This document shows, piece after piece, positions 30,647 through 50,460 of a DNA stretch of 64,000 nucleotides (the first letter of the stretch is position 1; every line of letters starts with the position of its first letter). The stretch is from NCBI RefSeq assembly GCF_009914755.1, contig NC_060933.1. One strand, given 5' to 3'. Below the pieces are notes generated by a model. That model did no database searches. It saw only the letters and a program-made list of their open reading frames with translations, and was not told the DNA's origin. The stretch comes from the human T2T-CHM13v2.0 reference genome, Homo sapiens. The translations under genes and the position numbers were made by a program.

Positions 30647-31038
30647 TGTGATGGTTAACACTGAGTGTCAACTTGATTGGCTTGAAGGATGCAAAGTATT
30701 AATCTTGGGTATGTCTGTGATGGTGTTGCCAAAGGAGATTAACATCTGAGTCAGTGGGCTGGGAAAGGCAGACCCACCCCTAATCTGGGTGGGCACTATT
30801 TAATCAGCTGCCAGCATGGCCAGGACATAAAGCAGGCAGAAAAATGTGAAAAAGCTAGACTGGTTTAGCTTCCCAGCCTACATCCTTCTCCAGTGCTGGA
30901 TGCTTCCTGTCCTCAAACATCAGACTCCAAGTACTTCAGCTTTCGCACTCAGACTGGCTCTCCTTGCTCCTCAGCTTGCAGACAGCCTATTGTGGAACCC
31001 TGTGATTGTGTGAGTTAATGCTCCTTAATAAACTCCCC

Positions 31039-31085
<47 letters not shown>

Positions 31086-31121
31086 CCTATTAGTTCTGCT
31101 TTTCTAGAGAACCCTAATACA
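30647..31121 (+). mobile_element. MLT2A-type 3' LTR of the HERV-L, with internal (CA)n at ~31042-31080
   Basis: Starts TGTGATGGTTAAcACTGAGTGTCAACTTGATTGG, ends CTAATACA, contains AATAAA at ~31027 and directly follows the PPT. Confidence 0.92.
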
Positions 31122-31284
31122 AACATATTGTTCACTGCCACCACGCCTGGCTGACCCTCTTCTTAACAGGACTCTTTCAGTAGTCTAAGAAATGATCAAA
31201 CATGAAAGCCATAAAAATATATATTATAATTTTTAATTTTGTTTATATCATGAGATGTAAAAAGAGCACTGGAAAATAGAATCA

Positions 31285-31582
31285 GGCCAGGAGCAGTGGC
31301 TCATGCCTATAATCCCAGCACTGCAGAGGCAGGAGGATCTTGAGGCCAGGAGTTAGAGACCAGCCTAGTCAGCACAGCAAGACCCCTCTCTCACTGTAAA
31401 CATAAAAAATTAACTGGGCATAGTGGTGTATGCCTGTAGTCCTAGCTTCTTGGGAGGCTGAGGCAGGAAAATCATTGGAGCCCAGGAGTTCTAGGTTACA
31501 TTGTACTATGACTGCAGCACTGCACTCTAGCCTGGGTGACAGAGTGAGTGCTGTCTTTAAAAAAAACAAAAAAAAAAAAAAC
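31285..31582 (+). mobile_element. AluJ
   Basis: Diverged dimer with aaaa(t/c)agaatca flanking repeats. Confidence 0.85.
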
Positions 31583-32559
31583 AGAATCATAAACTTCAAA
31601 GATTATTCAGTTATATATAAAGTAAGTGTATTATTGTTTAATTTCCTATCATATTATCCTTGTCAATTCATCAATCCCCATATTAAATAAATAAATCCTC
31701 TATGGTTTCTGCTTTATTTAGGTCAAAATCATAGGTATTCAGAATTACAAAGATGAAGCGAGCCCTAGTTTACCTACTTTTAGAATACTCTTTCCCTTTC
31801 AATTCTCTTTCTCCTTAACAGCATCCCCGGCAGAATGGCCATTTACCCTACAATTGAACGCTTGCTATGACAGAGAGCTTACAGGAAAACCCAATCCATT
31901 GTAAAGTAATGCCGCTAGAAGGTTTTCCTTACAGGACTGAACATCTGCTCACCTTTAGGACTGAACATCTGCTCACCTTTCTCTTCTACAAATTGATGAA
32001 AATTCTATCATATACAGCTCATCAAGAACATATCTACCTACTCTTCCACAAGCTCATGGCAGTCCTCAGATGAGAACCTATGAAGATGAAAGCACTGCAC
32101 CAGCTAAGGCCTGAAGGAAATTCAAGATACATTCTGTCCTGCAAGGGCCTACAATTCACTTAGGGAGATTTTAATGATCTAGTATAAAAAGTACATAATA
32201 TGTATGATGCATATACTGTAAGGCTAATAGAAAGCATTACAGAGAAAATTTACAGACAGGGCCAAAAAAAGGCAGGGAGCACTGCATGGGTTGGATCAAC
32301 GAGTAGTTTCTATGGATGAAGAGAGTAGTGAATCCTGGCTATGGAAGTTCATGTAGTGCCTCATTGGAAGATAAAGATGGAAGGTTAGGTTGGGGCAAGA
32401 CTGTAAAGAGCTATGGAGTTGATCCTCCAATGAGCTGCCTTGCAAACGTGGGTACAGGAAACTAACATAATACAGCATCTTAATAAAGATGAGTATCCTG
32501 CCAGTATGTAGAATGACACACATTGAGGAATATAAGATTTAATTATAGTGATTACCAAT

Positions 32560-35030
32560 ATAAGAAAAAAAGCTTCCTATATATGAAAAGAACTACTTTT
32601 CAAAATAAACAAAAAACCTAGATTGCATAGTAAAATATATTTAGAAAAACTGAAAAAAAAATATGAAAATCAAGACTAAATACATCTATATCAGTAATTA
32701 TAAAAGAATTTATATCAGTAATTATAAAAGGTTTAACTGATCTATTAAAAGTTTTCATAGTAGGTCACAGAGTAAAACCCAACTCTATTCTGAAAACAAG
32801 AGATATACCTATAAAAGATAGTAATTCCAACAGGTTGGAAATTAAAAAATAAATAAAATAATACTAGCAAATGCAAATAATGGAAAAGCTGGGGGATACC
32901 CATCTTTAGTTACTAAACAAAGTGGAATGGGGCCAAAAAGCATTTAATAAGACAAAAAGAAAAGGGCTCTTTCAAAAGCTAACAGCACAATTTACAATGA
33001 CAGTGTAATAGTTGTAAACATCTATATGCGAAATAGCACAGCAGCAACATCTGTAAAGCAGAAATTATGGGAGATACAAGTAGAAAGAGAAATGAATCTG
33101 TAACATAAATTTTAATTTACTTCTCTCATTTCAATGACAGATCAAGTAAAAAAAAAACCATAAATATTAATAAAAATGACCTAAGTGAGATTTATTAATG
33201 TTAAATCTGATATAATCATCTCAATAGATGCTAAAAAGGTATTTGACAAAGTCCAACAGCATTCCTGATTTAAAATGCTAGTCACTTAACAGAAAAAATA
33301 TACATCTGTCTCAGCCCAAAGCCATAATCACGTCTATTGGGGAAATACTAAAGGCATTATTACTAAATTTAGAACAAGACAGGAATGTCATTAAGAACAC
33401 CATTATTTAACATTCATTTAACATTTTTGGAAGTACAAGACAAAGCAATTAGGAAAAACGTTGTAGGTATAAAAATGAGAAAGGAGGAGATAAAATTGCC
33501 ACTCACTGCAAATCACATAACTGCATACATGACAACCAAAAACAAATTAACTAAAATAACACCACAAACAGTTAGAGACTGTGTATCAGAGTATAAGATT
33601 AATATACAAAATTAATAACATACACACACACAAAACAACTAGAGTATATAATAGAAGAGGAAAAAAGCCTATTTGTAATGCAACAAAAAAGGAACCAAAT
33701 ATCTAGGAATAAACAAAAAAATGTAAAAAAGCAAAAAAACTTTTAAATTATCCCAAAGGACATAAAAGGACACTTGAGCTTGTAGAAATATACACCACCT
33801 TCATGAACAGGAAACATCATAGAGCAGTCAAGCCTCCCTCAGTTAAAATATACATGCAATGTAATGAATAAAATACCAAAATGTTTTTTTAAACCAAAAA
33901 AGCCCATTCTAAAATATAAGCAGAAAACCACCATGGCACATGTATACCTATGTAACAAACCTGCACATTCAGCACATGTATCCCAGAACTTAGAGTGAAA
34001 TATAAAAAATAATATATATATATATATATGCAGAAAAAAGGAACTGAAGATAAAGTCCACTAATAACCCCAAATAAAGACATGCTATACACCTCAAGTCA
34101 GAGAGAAAAGACAGGCACTTCAATAAACTGGTTTGGAACAACAGGCAGCCACCTGAAAAAACATATACAGTCGTCCATGGGTACCTACAGGAGATTGGTA
34201 CCAGGACACTCCACCAAAATCCATGCATGCTCAGGACCCACAATTAGCCCTGTGGAACCCATAGATACAAAAAATTGGTCCTCCACATCCTCAGGCTTCG
34301 CATTCTATGAATACAGTATTTTAGATCTGCATTTGGCTGTGGACGTGAAACTTGCCAGATATGGAGGGCCTACTGTAGGAAAAAAAAAAAAAATCCACGT
34401 ATAAGTAGATCCATGCAGTTCAAACCTATATTGTTCAAGGGGTTAACTGTATATTAAAAAGCATGCTCTAAATCCTCATGAGAATATATTTCAAATAAAT
34501 ATAAAGATTTACATATTTCCAATGAAACCACAAAAGTAGCCAAAGAAAATACATGAGAATTACTTTCAAATCTTGGAATGGAGAAGGAATTTCTAATTAT
34601 GAATCATAACCCAAAGCCATAAAAGATTGATGAAACCACAAACACAAGCACACTTACTACACAAAACCACATAACAAATAATAGAAAGAATGAATAAACA
34701 AAAGAAAGAGAAAAGAAACTGAGAAAACATAAAAAGAATTTCCCTAAATTATAAAAAGCTCTGGAAATGGGTAAGGAAAAGACAACATCCCAATAAAAAA
34801 AAAGGTGAACAAAGATGATGAACATATAATGCTATTCACTGTAATATTATTTGTAATAGCAAAAGATTGGAAACAACCTGAATATTCATCAACTAGATAG
34901 TGGATAAATTACAATGCATCAATACAATGGAATTCTATGCCACTATGAAAATAAAAATAAGGACATTCTCTATGTACTAATGGAAAGACCTCCAAAATAC
35001 ATTATTAAAGGAAAAAAGCAAGGTGTATAT
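32560..35030 (+). mobile_element. Degraded L1M fragments, including a short L1PA 3' end (~33928-34010)
   Basis: A-rich L1 motifs (atcatctcaatagatgctaaaaaggtatttgacaaa; atacctatgtaacaaacctgcac). Confidence 0.7.
34168..34450. mobile_element. MER2B/MER8-type (Tigger2-derived) MITE inside an old L1
   Basis: TA-flanked; 3' end aaatccacgtataagt...gttcaaggggttaactg. Confidence 0.65.
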
Positions 35031-37215
35031 AAAATAGACCACTGAAAGCCAGATAGGGGGGTTGATATCAGCTACAGCAAAAAATAAAAAGCCATGAGAA
35101 GGGTTGAAAGTACAATGAGTCAAAAAGTGTAAGACTTCAAACCTAGGTGACTGAGAACTGAAAGGGAAGACTATTTGAGAGAAAAGAATTTCTGTGCAGT
35201 CACAGATCTACTTCAATTTCACTAGTACATGCCTTGCTCCAGTCAATGGGAAAATAGCTGTCAGAAGATGAGACACCTTCTACCAATTAGCATGGGAAAT
35301 TTGGAAATCGTGTTTGACTACCTTTTACACCCAGGACTAATGCATCAAGAAAGTAACACTGCCCAAGGCACTAATAAAAGCACTAACAGGCTCCTAGCTA
35401 CTCCAATCTATAGAGATGCAAAAGTGAAATTGAATAGTGGTTATGAATTAAAATGACTGGCTATCAAGATGCAATAGGACGGGAGAAAAGCTCTAAGATA
35501 GTACATTAGAGAGTATCCACATTTATCTCCTTACGGTCTTCTGTCCCTTAAATGTAGATATTTTTCCCTTTTCCACCCCGTGAAAAAGCAAGAGAAAACA
35601 GATACAGAGGGAAAGACAGACGGACAGACAGATGGAACTACTGGAGCATAAAAGAACCAGAGAAAATAGCCTAACAGGGAAGAATGAGGTAGTTAACAGT
35701 AGGAAATGCTCTCAGAGTCTTACAGAAGACTTACCAAAGGATATTATAATTTGTAATTAGGAAGCTACTCCAACCTAGGGAATACATCACAGTCACTTAA
35801 AAAGTTAAATCATGTATGATAGCCTCCAGTATGTCAGACAACACGCTCTTCTATTTATAATCTTTCTAACTACAAACTTAAAAGTTTTCACAGATGCAAA
35901 TCAAGCAAAACCACATTGACTCTGCCTGTCACCAACAGATAAAATTAGCCATCCCTTGTACAATGTGCCACTCTGGACTTATGCACAAGGGCATTAACAA
36001 ACACCATTTCAGAACCTAAACATAAAGAGGATGACTGTGTATACTTTTAAATGATTTCCAACCAAACTTGTTTTGCTTTAATGGTATTGGTTTTAATTAC
36101 CTAAAATATCTGACTGATATGAATTACTTCATTACCTGACAATGGGTTAATAAACTGATAATAATACAAGAGTTCATATTTCTCTTAAAAGAAATTGTGC
36201 CCTGAAGACACCCTTGTTGCTTCTTTAAACTAAAAACCATTTAAACAACCTGAATAAAAGTGCATTTAAAGATACCAAGAAAACATCTTTTATCCTATTT
36301 TTACAATATTCCAGAATATTTATTAACTAATACTTCAAAGTAATATTCAAAAATAAGTGACAGACTCTCCGAAAATCGTATCATACGGAACTATGGATAA
36401 AGCTCCCTGCTTATTTCCTTAAATACCACAATCCGTTTTGCATTAGAAGTAAGAGCTAAAGATAATCCAGAGACACTAGATACTACTGTAGAAAGGGGTA
36501 TTCCCCAAATAAAGTAAGCTAAGAAAGGCATCAACCACAAAAAGCTAAGGCAACAAACACAACAGCCTTACCACAATTAACTAATTCAGTCATACTAGCC
36601 AGGTGGTTTATCTTGCCTCATGGTACAAATGAAGAAGAAAAACAGAACCCTCTGATTATTTTGCTACAGGATATTGGATACTTCTCAGAATTAAAAGCTA
36701 TTAAAATTTACTGAGGGCTCGGTTATTATATATTTTAAAACACTTTTTTATTCAAGACAATAACTAGTGTGTATCAAGGAAGTCTTTATAATTTTACTTA
36801 TCGTTGTAGAATGGAAAATACAATTTACCCTCCTCTTTTAACCAACTCTCCATCTTTCCAATGGTAGGTATATGTGTAACTATTAATGAGATCAGAAAAG
36901 CAAGACCATATAATGAACTTTTCTTTATCTCAAATTAAAATATCCATCATAATCAATCTTATCTGCCAACAGGTTCTCACCAAATACCTTCATTACAGTA
37001 TCTAAACTTAAATAGATTTGTTAAATCCCCAGTTTCATCAAGTCTATAAACAGATTTAGCTTAAGGGCCAAAACTTACTAAAAGTAGTAAATACTACATA
37101 TGCTTTTGTGTAAAAAAACTATACCCCCATGGAAGCAATATTCCAGACCACAGAACTATGATAACTATGGTGTACGTAAGTTAAGGTTACAGGAGCAAAT
37201 GAAACTGCATAACTA

Positions 37216-37533
<318 letters not shown>

Positions 37534-40500
37534 AAATCTTCCACACTTAAACGGAATTTTTATTTTTTCATATTTTCAGTAATGAGAAATCTGCAGTATA
37601 ATCTACTCTTTCCTTACTAAATTCAACTAGAGAAAGATTATATTTTTCTAAAGATTTGTCATCATTTTCCATATACCTAGTCAATTACAACAGTCAGAGA
37701 TAATCTTTTTTGAATGATTTTGAATGTTCAAGGTAATAGAAACGATGTTTTTCTATGTAGTGCAAATGATACCTTTCAAACAGCAGGGCATAACGCATGT
37801 TTCCTCACTTTCATTTATACCACTTACAGGAATTTATTTGCTTTTGTATTAAAAGCTGAAATGCATATCAAGTTAGATTTTTATTTCTATCAATCATAAT
37901 TATAGTTGTCACTATTTTGATAAGGCTATGTCATAACTTACCAAAGGAAAGAGACAAGTTAACAAATACTTTAAGAAACCACTAATATCTAGACTTGACT
38001 TTTAAAATTAAAAGCCTCACCCATTTACTCATTTCAGAGAGTCAAAAGATAACAATCACAGAAGGATGGTCAGCACAAGCACTATCCTTTTCTAAGGTGC
38101 TTTCTCCATTTCACAACGACTCCATTCACTTAACAACATTTCCTTCTCTACTATTACTTTACAAACAAGTATCTCCTACATGCCAGACATCATACAATGT
38201 CCTTTACATACATTATATCTCAATCTCACAATCTTGCAGAATTATTATTCCCACTTTTAGAAAAACTGATATTCAAAAAGATAAAGAAATTTGCCTACTA
38301 TCACAACAGCTAAAAAGAGAGGGAGCTAGGAATGAAGCAGGTCTTTCCAGCTTCAAAGTCACTCTACCTTCTAGTACTCTCAGTTACCCCAGAAATCCAG
38401 ACCATAGAACTACTTCCATAATTGATCAACTCTCCCTGAAAGGGAAATACATTGCACACCTAGCCTTCTGGGGAAAGAATCCACACAACAAACACATGTT
38501 TGAAGCATCCACAAATATTTTAATCTAACAGTATCTTCTATCAACAGTTTACAAACATGTATATTATCTCTTTAAATCATCATAGCAACTCTGAACGTGA
38601 AGTAGGAATTACATTATCCCTATTTTATAAATAAAAAAAAAAACTTTGCAGTCTCTGGCATACAGTAAAAGGGAGAATATTTATTAAATGAATAAGATTC
38701 AAATAAGCTAAGTGACGTGTCCAAATTAATGGCAGAACAGAATTCAAACCCTAATCTCCTTTAATTCTAAAACCAATGGACTATACGACAAAACACAACT
38801 CCCTCCATAAGCTTTTTTCAAAATAATATAACAAATTTATGTATAACACTAATTAAAATACAGTTATAAAACAGAGCTAAGCTGATAACTTATTCACTTA
38901 ACAGTCACATTTTTAAGCTGTTTTTGTTGGCATAATGACAATGTAATTATTAGGATAAGAAGACCACAGACCACAAAGGCCGGAAGCTGGTCAAGTGAAC
39001 TCATTACATCAGTGCACACAATTTTAATACCATTGGACAGACAACTTGAAAGTTTCAAAAAAAGGGTATCTATTTAGTCATTCATTCATTCACTCAGTCC
39101 CTCATCTTAACATTTATTGAACACCTATTATGTGGCAAAAACCAGGAGAGTTTAGTTTCTTATAATGCACTACAGACACATTCAGTCTCATTAGCTGCCC
39201 CAGAACTAAGCAGGAGAGGTCTTTATCTCTATCTGATATGTGAGAAAATGGAAACTCAGAAAGGTTAAATAACTTTTTGAAGTTACATGGTCAAGCTAGG
39301 AGTTATTTCCAAGTGGTAGAATACATCTAAGCATGTGGTATCTTTTCTTTCTATATTTCTATGAACCAGAAGTCTACCACTCTACATCAGGATTAAACAA
39401 AAAGAGCCCAATCTTATATTGTTCAAAATATACACATTACTATTAAAAATCCATACGCATATGCACAGAATAAAACCGAAAGGAAATACACTAAAATGTT
39501 ATCAGTGGTTAGTGTACGCATTTTTTTCTTCATTATGCTTTTCTGTACCATGAAAGTGTTATCACTTTCGGGAATCAAAAAACACGTCAGGAAATCTTTT
39601 GGTTTAACATTTTAAGTTACTACAACAGTATTTTTCACACTGCAAGTTGGGACCCCTCCTGTAACAGAGAATCAAAACAACAAAGGCTACTCCCAACAGA
39701 GGCAAATGGGGCAAGGCTGAAGAGATCAATAATATCAGCCACCCAGTTAGGAAGTTCTTCCCTACTGAGTCAGATCAGCAATTTTTAAAAAATAAAATAA
39801 AGCACAGAATAGAAAAAGAAAAACAATTATCAGTAAACAACATACATAGTAAGGGCAAGTACACTTTTGCAAAATATGTTTTAACTAAATGACTTCATCT
39901 TCTAATATGCTGTATCTTATTCACTATATGACAATCACGCTGCTCTCCTTGCTATTTCTTGAATATGCCTGGGACACTCCCACATTAGGGGCTTTGCACT
40001 GACTAACGGCCCTGCCTGGAAGGCTCTTCTTCCAGGAAATCCAAATGACTAACTCCCTCACTTGCTTCAAGGCTCACCTGTCCCGTGATGCTTACAAACT
40101 ACAACTCCCCTAATACACTCCTGATCCTTCTCACGTAAGCCCTACCTTTTCTTTTTCCACAGTACTTAAATTGTTATTAAGCATTTACTCTATAATAAGG
40201 CATTGTACAACAAACTGAGATCTAAGAATGAGAAAAGGGGATACCTTTCACCACTTTTTGTTTCATAAAATCATAATAGTAGCATGGAATAACACCACCA
40301 CTTAGGAGTCAGACATAATACCAGTATTATTCCTCAGAAGTTAATAGGAAAATAGAGATGTTAAGAAGAAAGAAGGGTGGTGAGTAGCAGATCCAAGATT
40401 TGGGCCCAAATCCCTGATCCCTAAACTAAATATTCTTCTAAAAGTTTTCTCTTTAGTCTATATATATTCAAGCGATCATTAAGGGAAAGAAATACTTCGA

Positions 40501-40606
40501 ATATTCCAGAAGATATCCTAAAACCAGAGTACAGGTACAAATAAACAAACTGGATGATTTCTGAAACAAATAAGATACATGCTTTAAAAATGTAGCACAG
40601 TCTTTA

Positions 40607-41551
<945 letters not shown>

Positions 41552-42064
41552 TAACTCTAAAGCAAAATTAGGGTCTCTGAAACTGTTCATTTCATTCAAA
41601 GGTTAAACTAACAAAGAACTAAGTATTTTACAACATTGTAATACTTTTGTTGTTAGCACACTACAAGACTTCCTGTGAGGAAATAATATCCACTCCTACA
41701 GTAAAAATTCCTGCTATTTAGAAAGTTTGAGGAATGAGTCCATTTGAGTAGCTGTTTTCTAAGAAATTATTTTGACTAGCAAAAAAAGAAAAAAAAAGTA
41801 GCTATTCTTTATTCTCAGCCCTTTCAGAGGTAAAATCATTACAGAAGTGTAAGCTTATCACTGGCTAGCTGACATTTTACTGTACTTGGGCCAGAACTCC
41901 AGTAATAAGTCAAAGGAACTGAGGATGTGCAGGTTTCTTCTCTCAAGGTAACGCCAAATGACAATACATTATCTTACACTTGCAGCTGTTCTATAAGCAA
42001 AGAGATAGACTTCAATGATGTGTTGGTAATTTTTAAAAGCTGGCATTTCCCCCTACATTATTTA

Positions 42065-42463
<399 letters not shown>

Positions 42464-44339
42464 TTATTTTGTAGATGCATTCATAATCTATATTCCTAAT
42501 GACCTCTTTTTTATTTTTAAAAATTTATTTTTCCCAGAAGGATGTCAAACACGACCTAACAACCTTTTTCTAAAATTTCTTAAATCCATTCACCAAAGGT
42601 CCCACTACTAGACTATAATAAGGAAGAAATGGAAAAAGTACTGGTATTCTACTATTCAGCCTATGGTTTTCTTTAGCTCAAATACTACTACAATGTTTTT
42701 CTGAGATGGGTTTCTTCTGCTTTTTTGTTGCTTTTCTCTACTATATTAGCAATGTTCGTGTCTACAAATTCAGGTGACTTAAAATTAGAGTCCAATATAA
42801 TGCTCAAAGTTCTACATAATGATGAAATCTCAGGTTTGTAGGAATTGCAGAGATGAATGTGGTGACCACAATATCACCAAGGATTCCCAAAGCAGTTAGA
42901 ATTCGATTTCAGTCTTTGCAAGGACAGAACCAAGACCCACAGCATTACAGAAGGGACTTCTCCAAAGTGGCATTTTATTCCTCTCCCCTCTTGAATGGAC
43001 TAATCTGAAGGCTAGTTAGAACCCACTAAAGATCATGATTTTTATTTTTGCTAAGTTGATAACAAACTGTTTTAATGAAGTTGGCCAAAGGGTTTGCCAG
43101 CTTCTTTAGGGCCAATTCTGACATTTGGCCACGTCAGCCAACCAGACAACAAGATTTCTTAAAAATAAAACAATAAAAAACAAGTATTCAATTGATAGAA
43201 AAGATTTACTATGTTATTGAGAGGCACTGCCCTTTTTCTTCATTCCATTCAGGACTGAAAATAAGTTGATCCATTTAACTATTCAAGGCAATATTCAAAT
43301 TCATCTTTTTCCAAGACTACTCTGATTCCTCCACTGAGAAATAATTTGTTTCTTCCAAACATCCATGGCAGTATTTCTCGAACTTTTATGTGCATATGAA
43401 TCATCTGGGTATAAGTTCTTAAAGTGCAGGTTCTGATTCAGTAGGTCTGAGGTGAGGTGATCTAAAAGGTCTCATATGATGCTGATGCCTGGGCTCACAA
43501 TCACACTTCTGAGTAGCAGGATCTATAACCCACTTCTACAAACACCTTTGGCATCCATTACTTTCCTTTTGGTAGTCTAATTATTTATATATATATCTTC
43601 TCTCCTCATCTGAATTACTAATTTCTTGAAGGCATGATATGCATCTCAATGATCTTTTTCTCCTCCATAGTAGATTGCAAATAGACTTTCAAATGATAGG
43701 CAGAAAAGAAAAATAATAACAAAGATACAGATTAAGTTTCTGCAGCCTGGGCCATAGATGAGTTCCTCTCTATGGAATCAAAGTTAGGCTAAAAATCAAT
43801 AAATGTTGCAAAAACTCAAACTGTTTTTAATCTTCTTGGTTAGAAGAAATAGAGTACAGCAAGAGTCAATATCAGATAAGCTGTGACAAAAGCATGCTAA
43901 GCATGCCCCATACACATGTGCAACATGCTGACAAGCTAGCAGATTTTTAAAGGAACTACCCAATCAAATAATAAGTCTATAATCAGTAGGAGCTAAAGGA
44001 ATACCCTTTTGTAGTCTATCTTGAAAATAAGATAGACTACACAAAGAATCATTGAATCATCAAATCCATGTGCTTACGTTATAGACAAGAAAAACAAGTA
44101 ATTTAACCAAGGTTATGATGGTTAAGTAAATGGAAGAGTCGGAACTTACATAGATGCCATGACATCTACTTTTGCATTACACTGCCTTTTGAATGGAGAC
44201 TAATGAAGAGGCAAAAGAATAATACCTTCCACTGTTCATAAACTCTATCTTGTGAGTACATTCATTCTGAATTACTGGAAGAAGAGTAAGCCATTTTTTG
44301 AAAAGAAGACACATAACAAGAACCCATAATACAAACATG

Positions 44340-47215
<2,876 letters not shown>

Positions 47216-50200
47216 TGTCACCTGGGAAATTTTTTTTTAAAACTAATTTCTGGGGCTCACAGATATAACTGACCTGGTATTGGGCCCCGATATCATTTTA
47301 TTAAAACTGCCACAGATGATTCTAATGAGCAGCCAGGCTTTGTAAACTATTGATCTAGGGTAAGTTAAATCAACAAAATAAATAAAACCTCACCTAGGTA
47401 TTAATCAAACTGCATGCCTCCAAAAGTACTCTTCCTGAAGACTGGAATCTACATATATTATTAACATTAAAGGATAAAACTGACATCTCTGAATTCTACT
47501 GTGCTTATTTTTAAGGTACTTGTAACGATTAAATAAATGTTTACTTAGCTCTCAAATTTACATAGCTACCTAAACTAAGCAAACTTTTCTTGACTACCTA
47601 TACATATTGAACAAACCGAGAACAACAATGGCAAAACCCTTAAGTGTTCACATGCGGGACAATTACGACTAGTAACAATTATGATCTATAAACATACTTA
47701 TCAAGAGATTAATGAGAACACATCTTCAATAAAACAAATGGACTGCAGTGCTACAAATCTGAACTACAGAAGAGGTTACCTAGGGTGCATGAGACAACTT
47801 CTTTCCAATTTAGTCTTATTTCTCTTATCTCGCCTTTTCAAAACTTGTACACAACCAGTGCAGGAAAAACAGGCAAGATTTCTATCCCCCTTACTGATCA
47901 TTTTCCCAGCGGAAAACCCTGAATAAACCCACCTTAGATAGGAAGATAAGCAGAAAAGGGCTAATTAAATCTATCTATCTAAATATATGTAAATAAAAAT
48001 CTATATAGACGCAAATAAATATATATATAAAAGATATATATACATATAAAAGCTCAGGAAAAAAAGTTATCACATTGAGCTTTTGTGTTTAGTTACCCAT
48101 CCAGAAAGGCTTTGTGGCAGAGTGATATATTCCAAAATGCTTTGAGATCAGGGAAAAGATAGCTACTTGCCTCCAGAAGTTTGGGATTATGTTTCAACTG
48201 TTATCTTATATGAACACCACTAAATTTGAACAGGTCTAGTTCTTTAGGGTTGAGGTACAAAGTGCCTGAAGAAAATTATCATAGTAAGAGAATATACAGC
48301 TTTTTAGAGGAGGCCATTTAAGGAAAAAATGATGACCTCAGCTAAATGGGAACTTGGCTTTTCTTTATCTGTATGTAAGAAGGAATAAACTTGAGGTCTG
48401 AGAGAGAAAGTTGGAAGAGTAGGAAAAAAGTACACGGGGGAACAAAGAGGACAAATTATTAGACAGCGAGAATACTGAGTAAGTAGGTTCCATCAGTAGG
48501 AGAGAATTACCAGTTAAGTAAGCAACTCAAAGTTGCGATTAGACAGGATAGATGTTTTATAAATATTTGCTAACTAGCATATGAGTATTAAAACTAGGTA
48601 AACACTGTATTCCAATTAAATCTAGTTTGACTTGTAATTCTAGTTTAAACCTTTTCTGGGGCTTTTTCAGCCTTTTCATATCTACAGGTATTCTCTAACA
48701 TATTTTCCAGATTTTTATGCCTTTACATTTGCTTAGAAAGATAATTATACAAAATGCTTAGATTTTAGTTAAATCTAGATTCTATTTGGGAAAAAACTCA
48801 TATTTAACAAGATTAGGTTTTTCTATAAAAAGCATGAGTTATTCCAAAATAAATTATTTCTTCTTCATAACTTAGCTTTACAACCAAACCATACCATTTG
48901 AGGAAAGTGCATCTGATATAGTTTGCCTGTTCAGTGTCTCAACTTTTCTTTACAATATCTTAAGATTTTTGCCCTTTTTTTTTGATTTCCTAAAAGTGCA
49001 CACAATTCATAACTCAAGCCATTTTGTGGATAAGATTAGTATCCAGTCTTCTTAAGGAGAGAGTGGTCTCTAATAATGGTATTATTCTAACACTTCTAGA
49101 AGGAAAAATGTATCACAGTGTATAATGAAATCACCAAGAAACAACACTATACAGAATATTTTCCTCGATACAGAAGTCATTCACTGTTGTATACTTATAA
49201 GAAGTGGCAATAAGACACTCTATCATTTAATATTACAATGTTTATACACAACTTTTTGTTCTCAAAAGTACTTTGACATGCCATTTAGTTTTTTACAGTG
49301 CTTTTTCCGAAAAGGTCCAAGTGACAAAAGAAAAGAAAGAACTATTTCAAACACAAATATTAAACATTTAATGGGATATGGCGGAATAAGCACTGGAAGT
49401 CAAGAGACTTGTTTCTAATCCCAGCTCTGCCTGTAACTAGCTGTGTGACTTCATATGCGTCACTAAATCGTTTCTTAAATTGTAAAGAAAGTAGTTCTTA
49501 ATGTTTAAATCTGAATTTCTAAAAATCTACTACAATTAAGGTACTTTCAAATATTACATTATAATTAACAGCCCAATTAAATATAAGCCATTTTGCCATA
49601 CGTGTTTAGTCCTTCGCTTTTGTCTCAATTTGACCTGAAGCCTGGATCAATTAGTCTGCACACTCAAGACGTACTCTGGGGCAAGAGGGACTAGGGAAAG
49701 ATTCTTTTAAGATGGGATGATGCTGAGCAGGTTAGGCAGTTAGGAATGAATGCATATTCAAATAAGGCGCAATGAAGAAGAAATCTGCTTCCATGGGGAA
49801 ATACGTTGCAATAAGATTTGAGGGAGGCCTTGAGCTGAGATTGTCAGGTAACCACACCTTCCACCCTTCAAACTCTATTCTCCCAGTGGAATCCAAACCA
49901 GTCTCCAGTTCCGGGTTCCCAACCAATCGCATCAAGCCACAACAGAGGGATCTGCCAACCCGGGCACCGCTTCAGGGATCTAGACCCAGTGAGAGTCACA
50001 CAACCCCAGCACCTGTCGACCTCACACTCTTCCCAAATGGAGAGGGTGGGAAGGAACGCTAGGTCTATGCTTGGTCTTTTCCGATTCAAGCTACCACCAG
50101 GTCCACTAGCCCTCGAAACCGAAACCCCCGGACTTCGGGGAGAAGGGGAAGCTCCTACGCCGTGACTACGTATCAGTCCCTCAGGGCTAATTCTCCCATT

Positions 50201-50403
50201 CTCCCCCGACACTGGTTTCTCAGGCCTCGGGGACTCCGCGCCTGGAAGCCGACAGGCGAGAGTGAGGGCAGCGGGGGAGGGTGCACTCCAAAACACTGCA
50301 GGAAAAGACGGAAAAGCAGGGGCAGGAGTAGCAGTGTTCCCCCTGGGCGAGGGCCGGAGGCCGTTCGTGCGTTTGTCGATGGGTCTGTCATTCCCTCACT
50401 CAC

Positions 50404-50460
50404 CAGGAGCAGAAGGGAGCATCTGAGGTCGGGTAAGGATAGGAAGACGGCAGGATGCAT
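50404..50460 (-). CDS. ERP44: ERP44 coding exon 1 (signal peptide, MHPAVFLSLPDLRCSLLLL)
   Basis: ATG at 50460 in context gttaccATGc. The 57 nt end at a CTG|GTGAGT donor. The peptide is recognised as the ERP44 N-terminus and joins exon 2 in phase 0. Confidence 0.97.

Noticed and set aside
37995-38528. 177-aa ORF
   Set aside because: It has a non-ATG start, overlaps MIR-like sequence, has no recognisable domain and is antisense within an intron.
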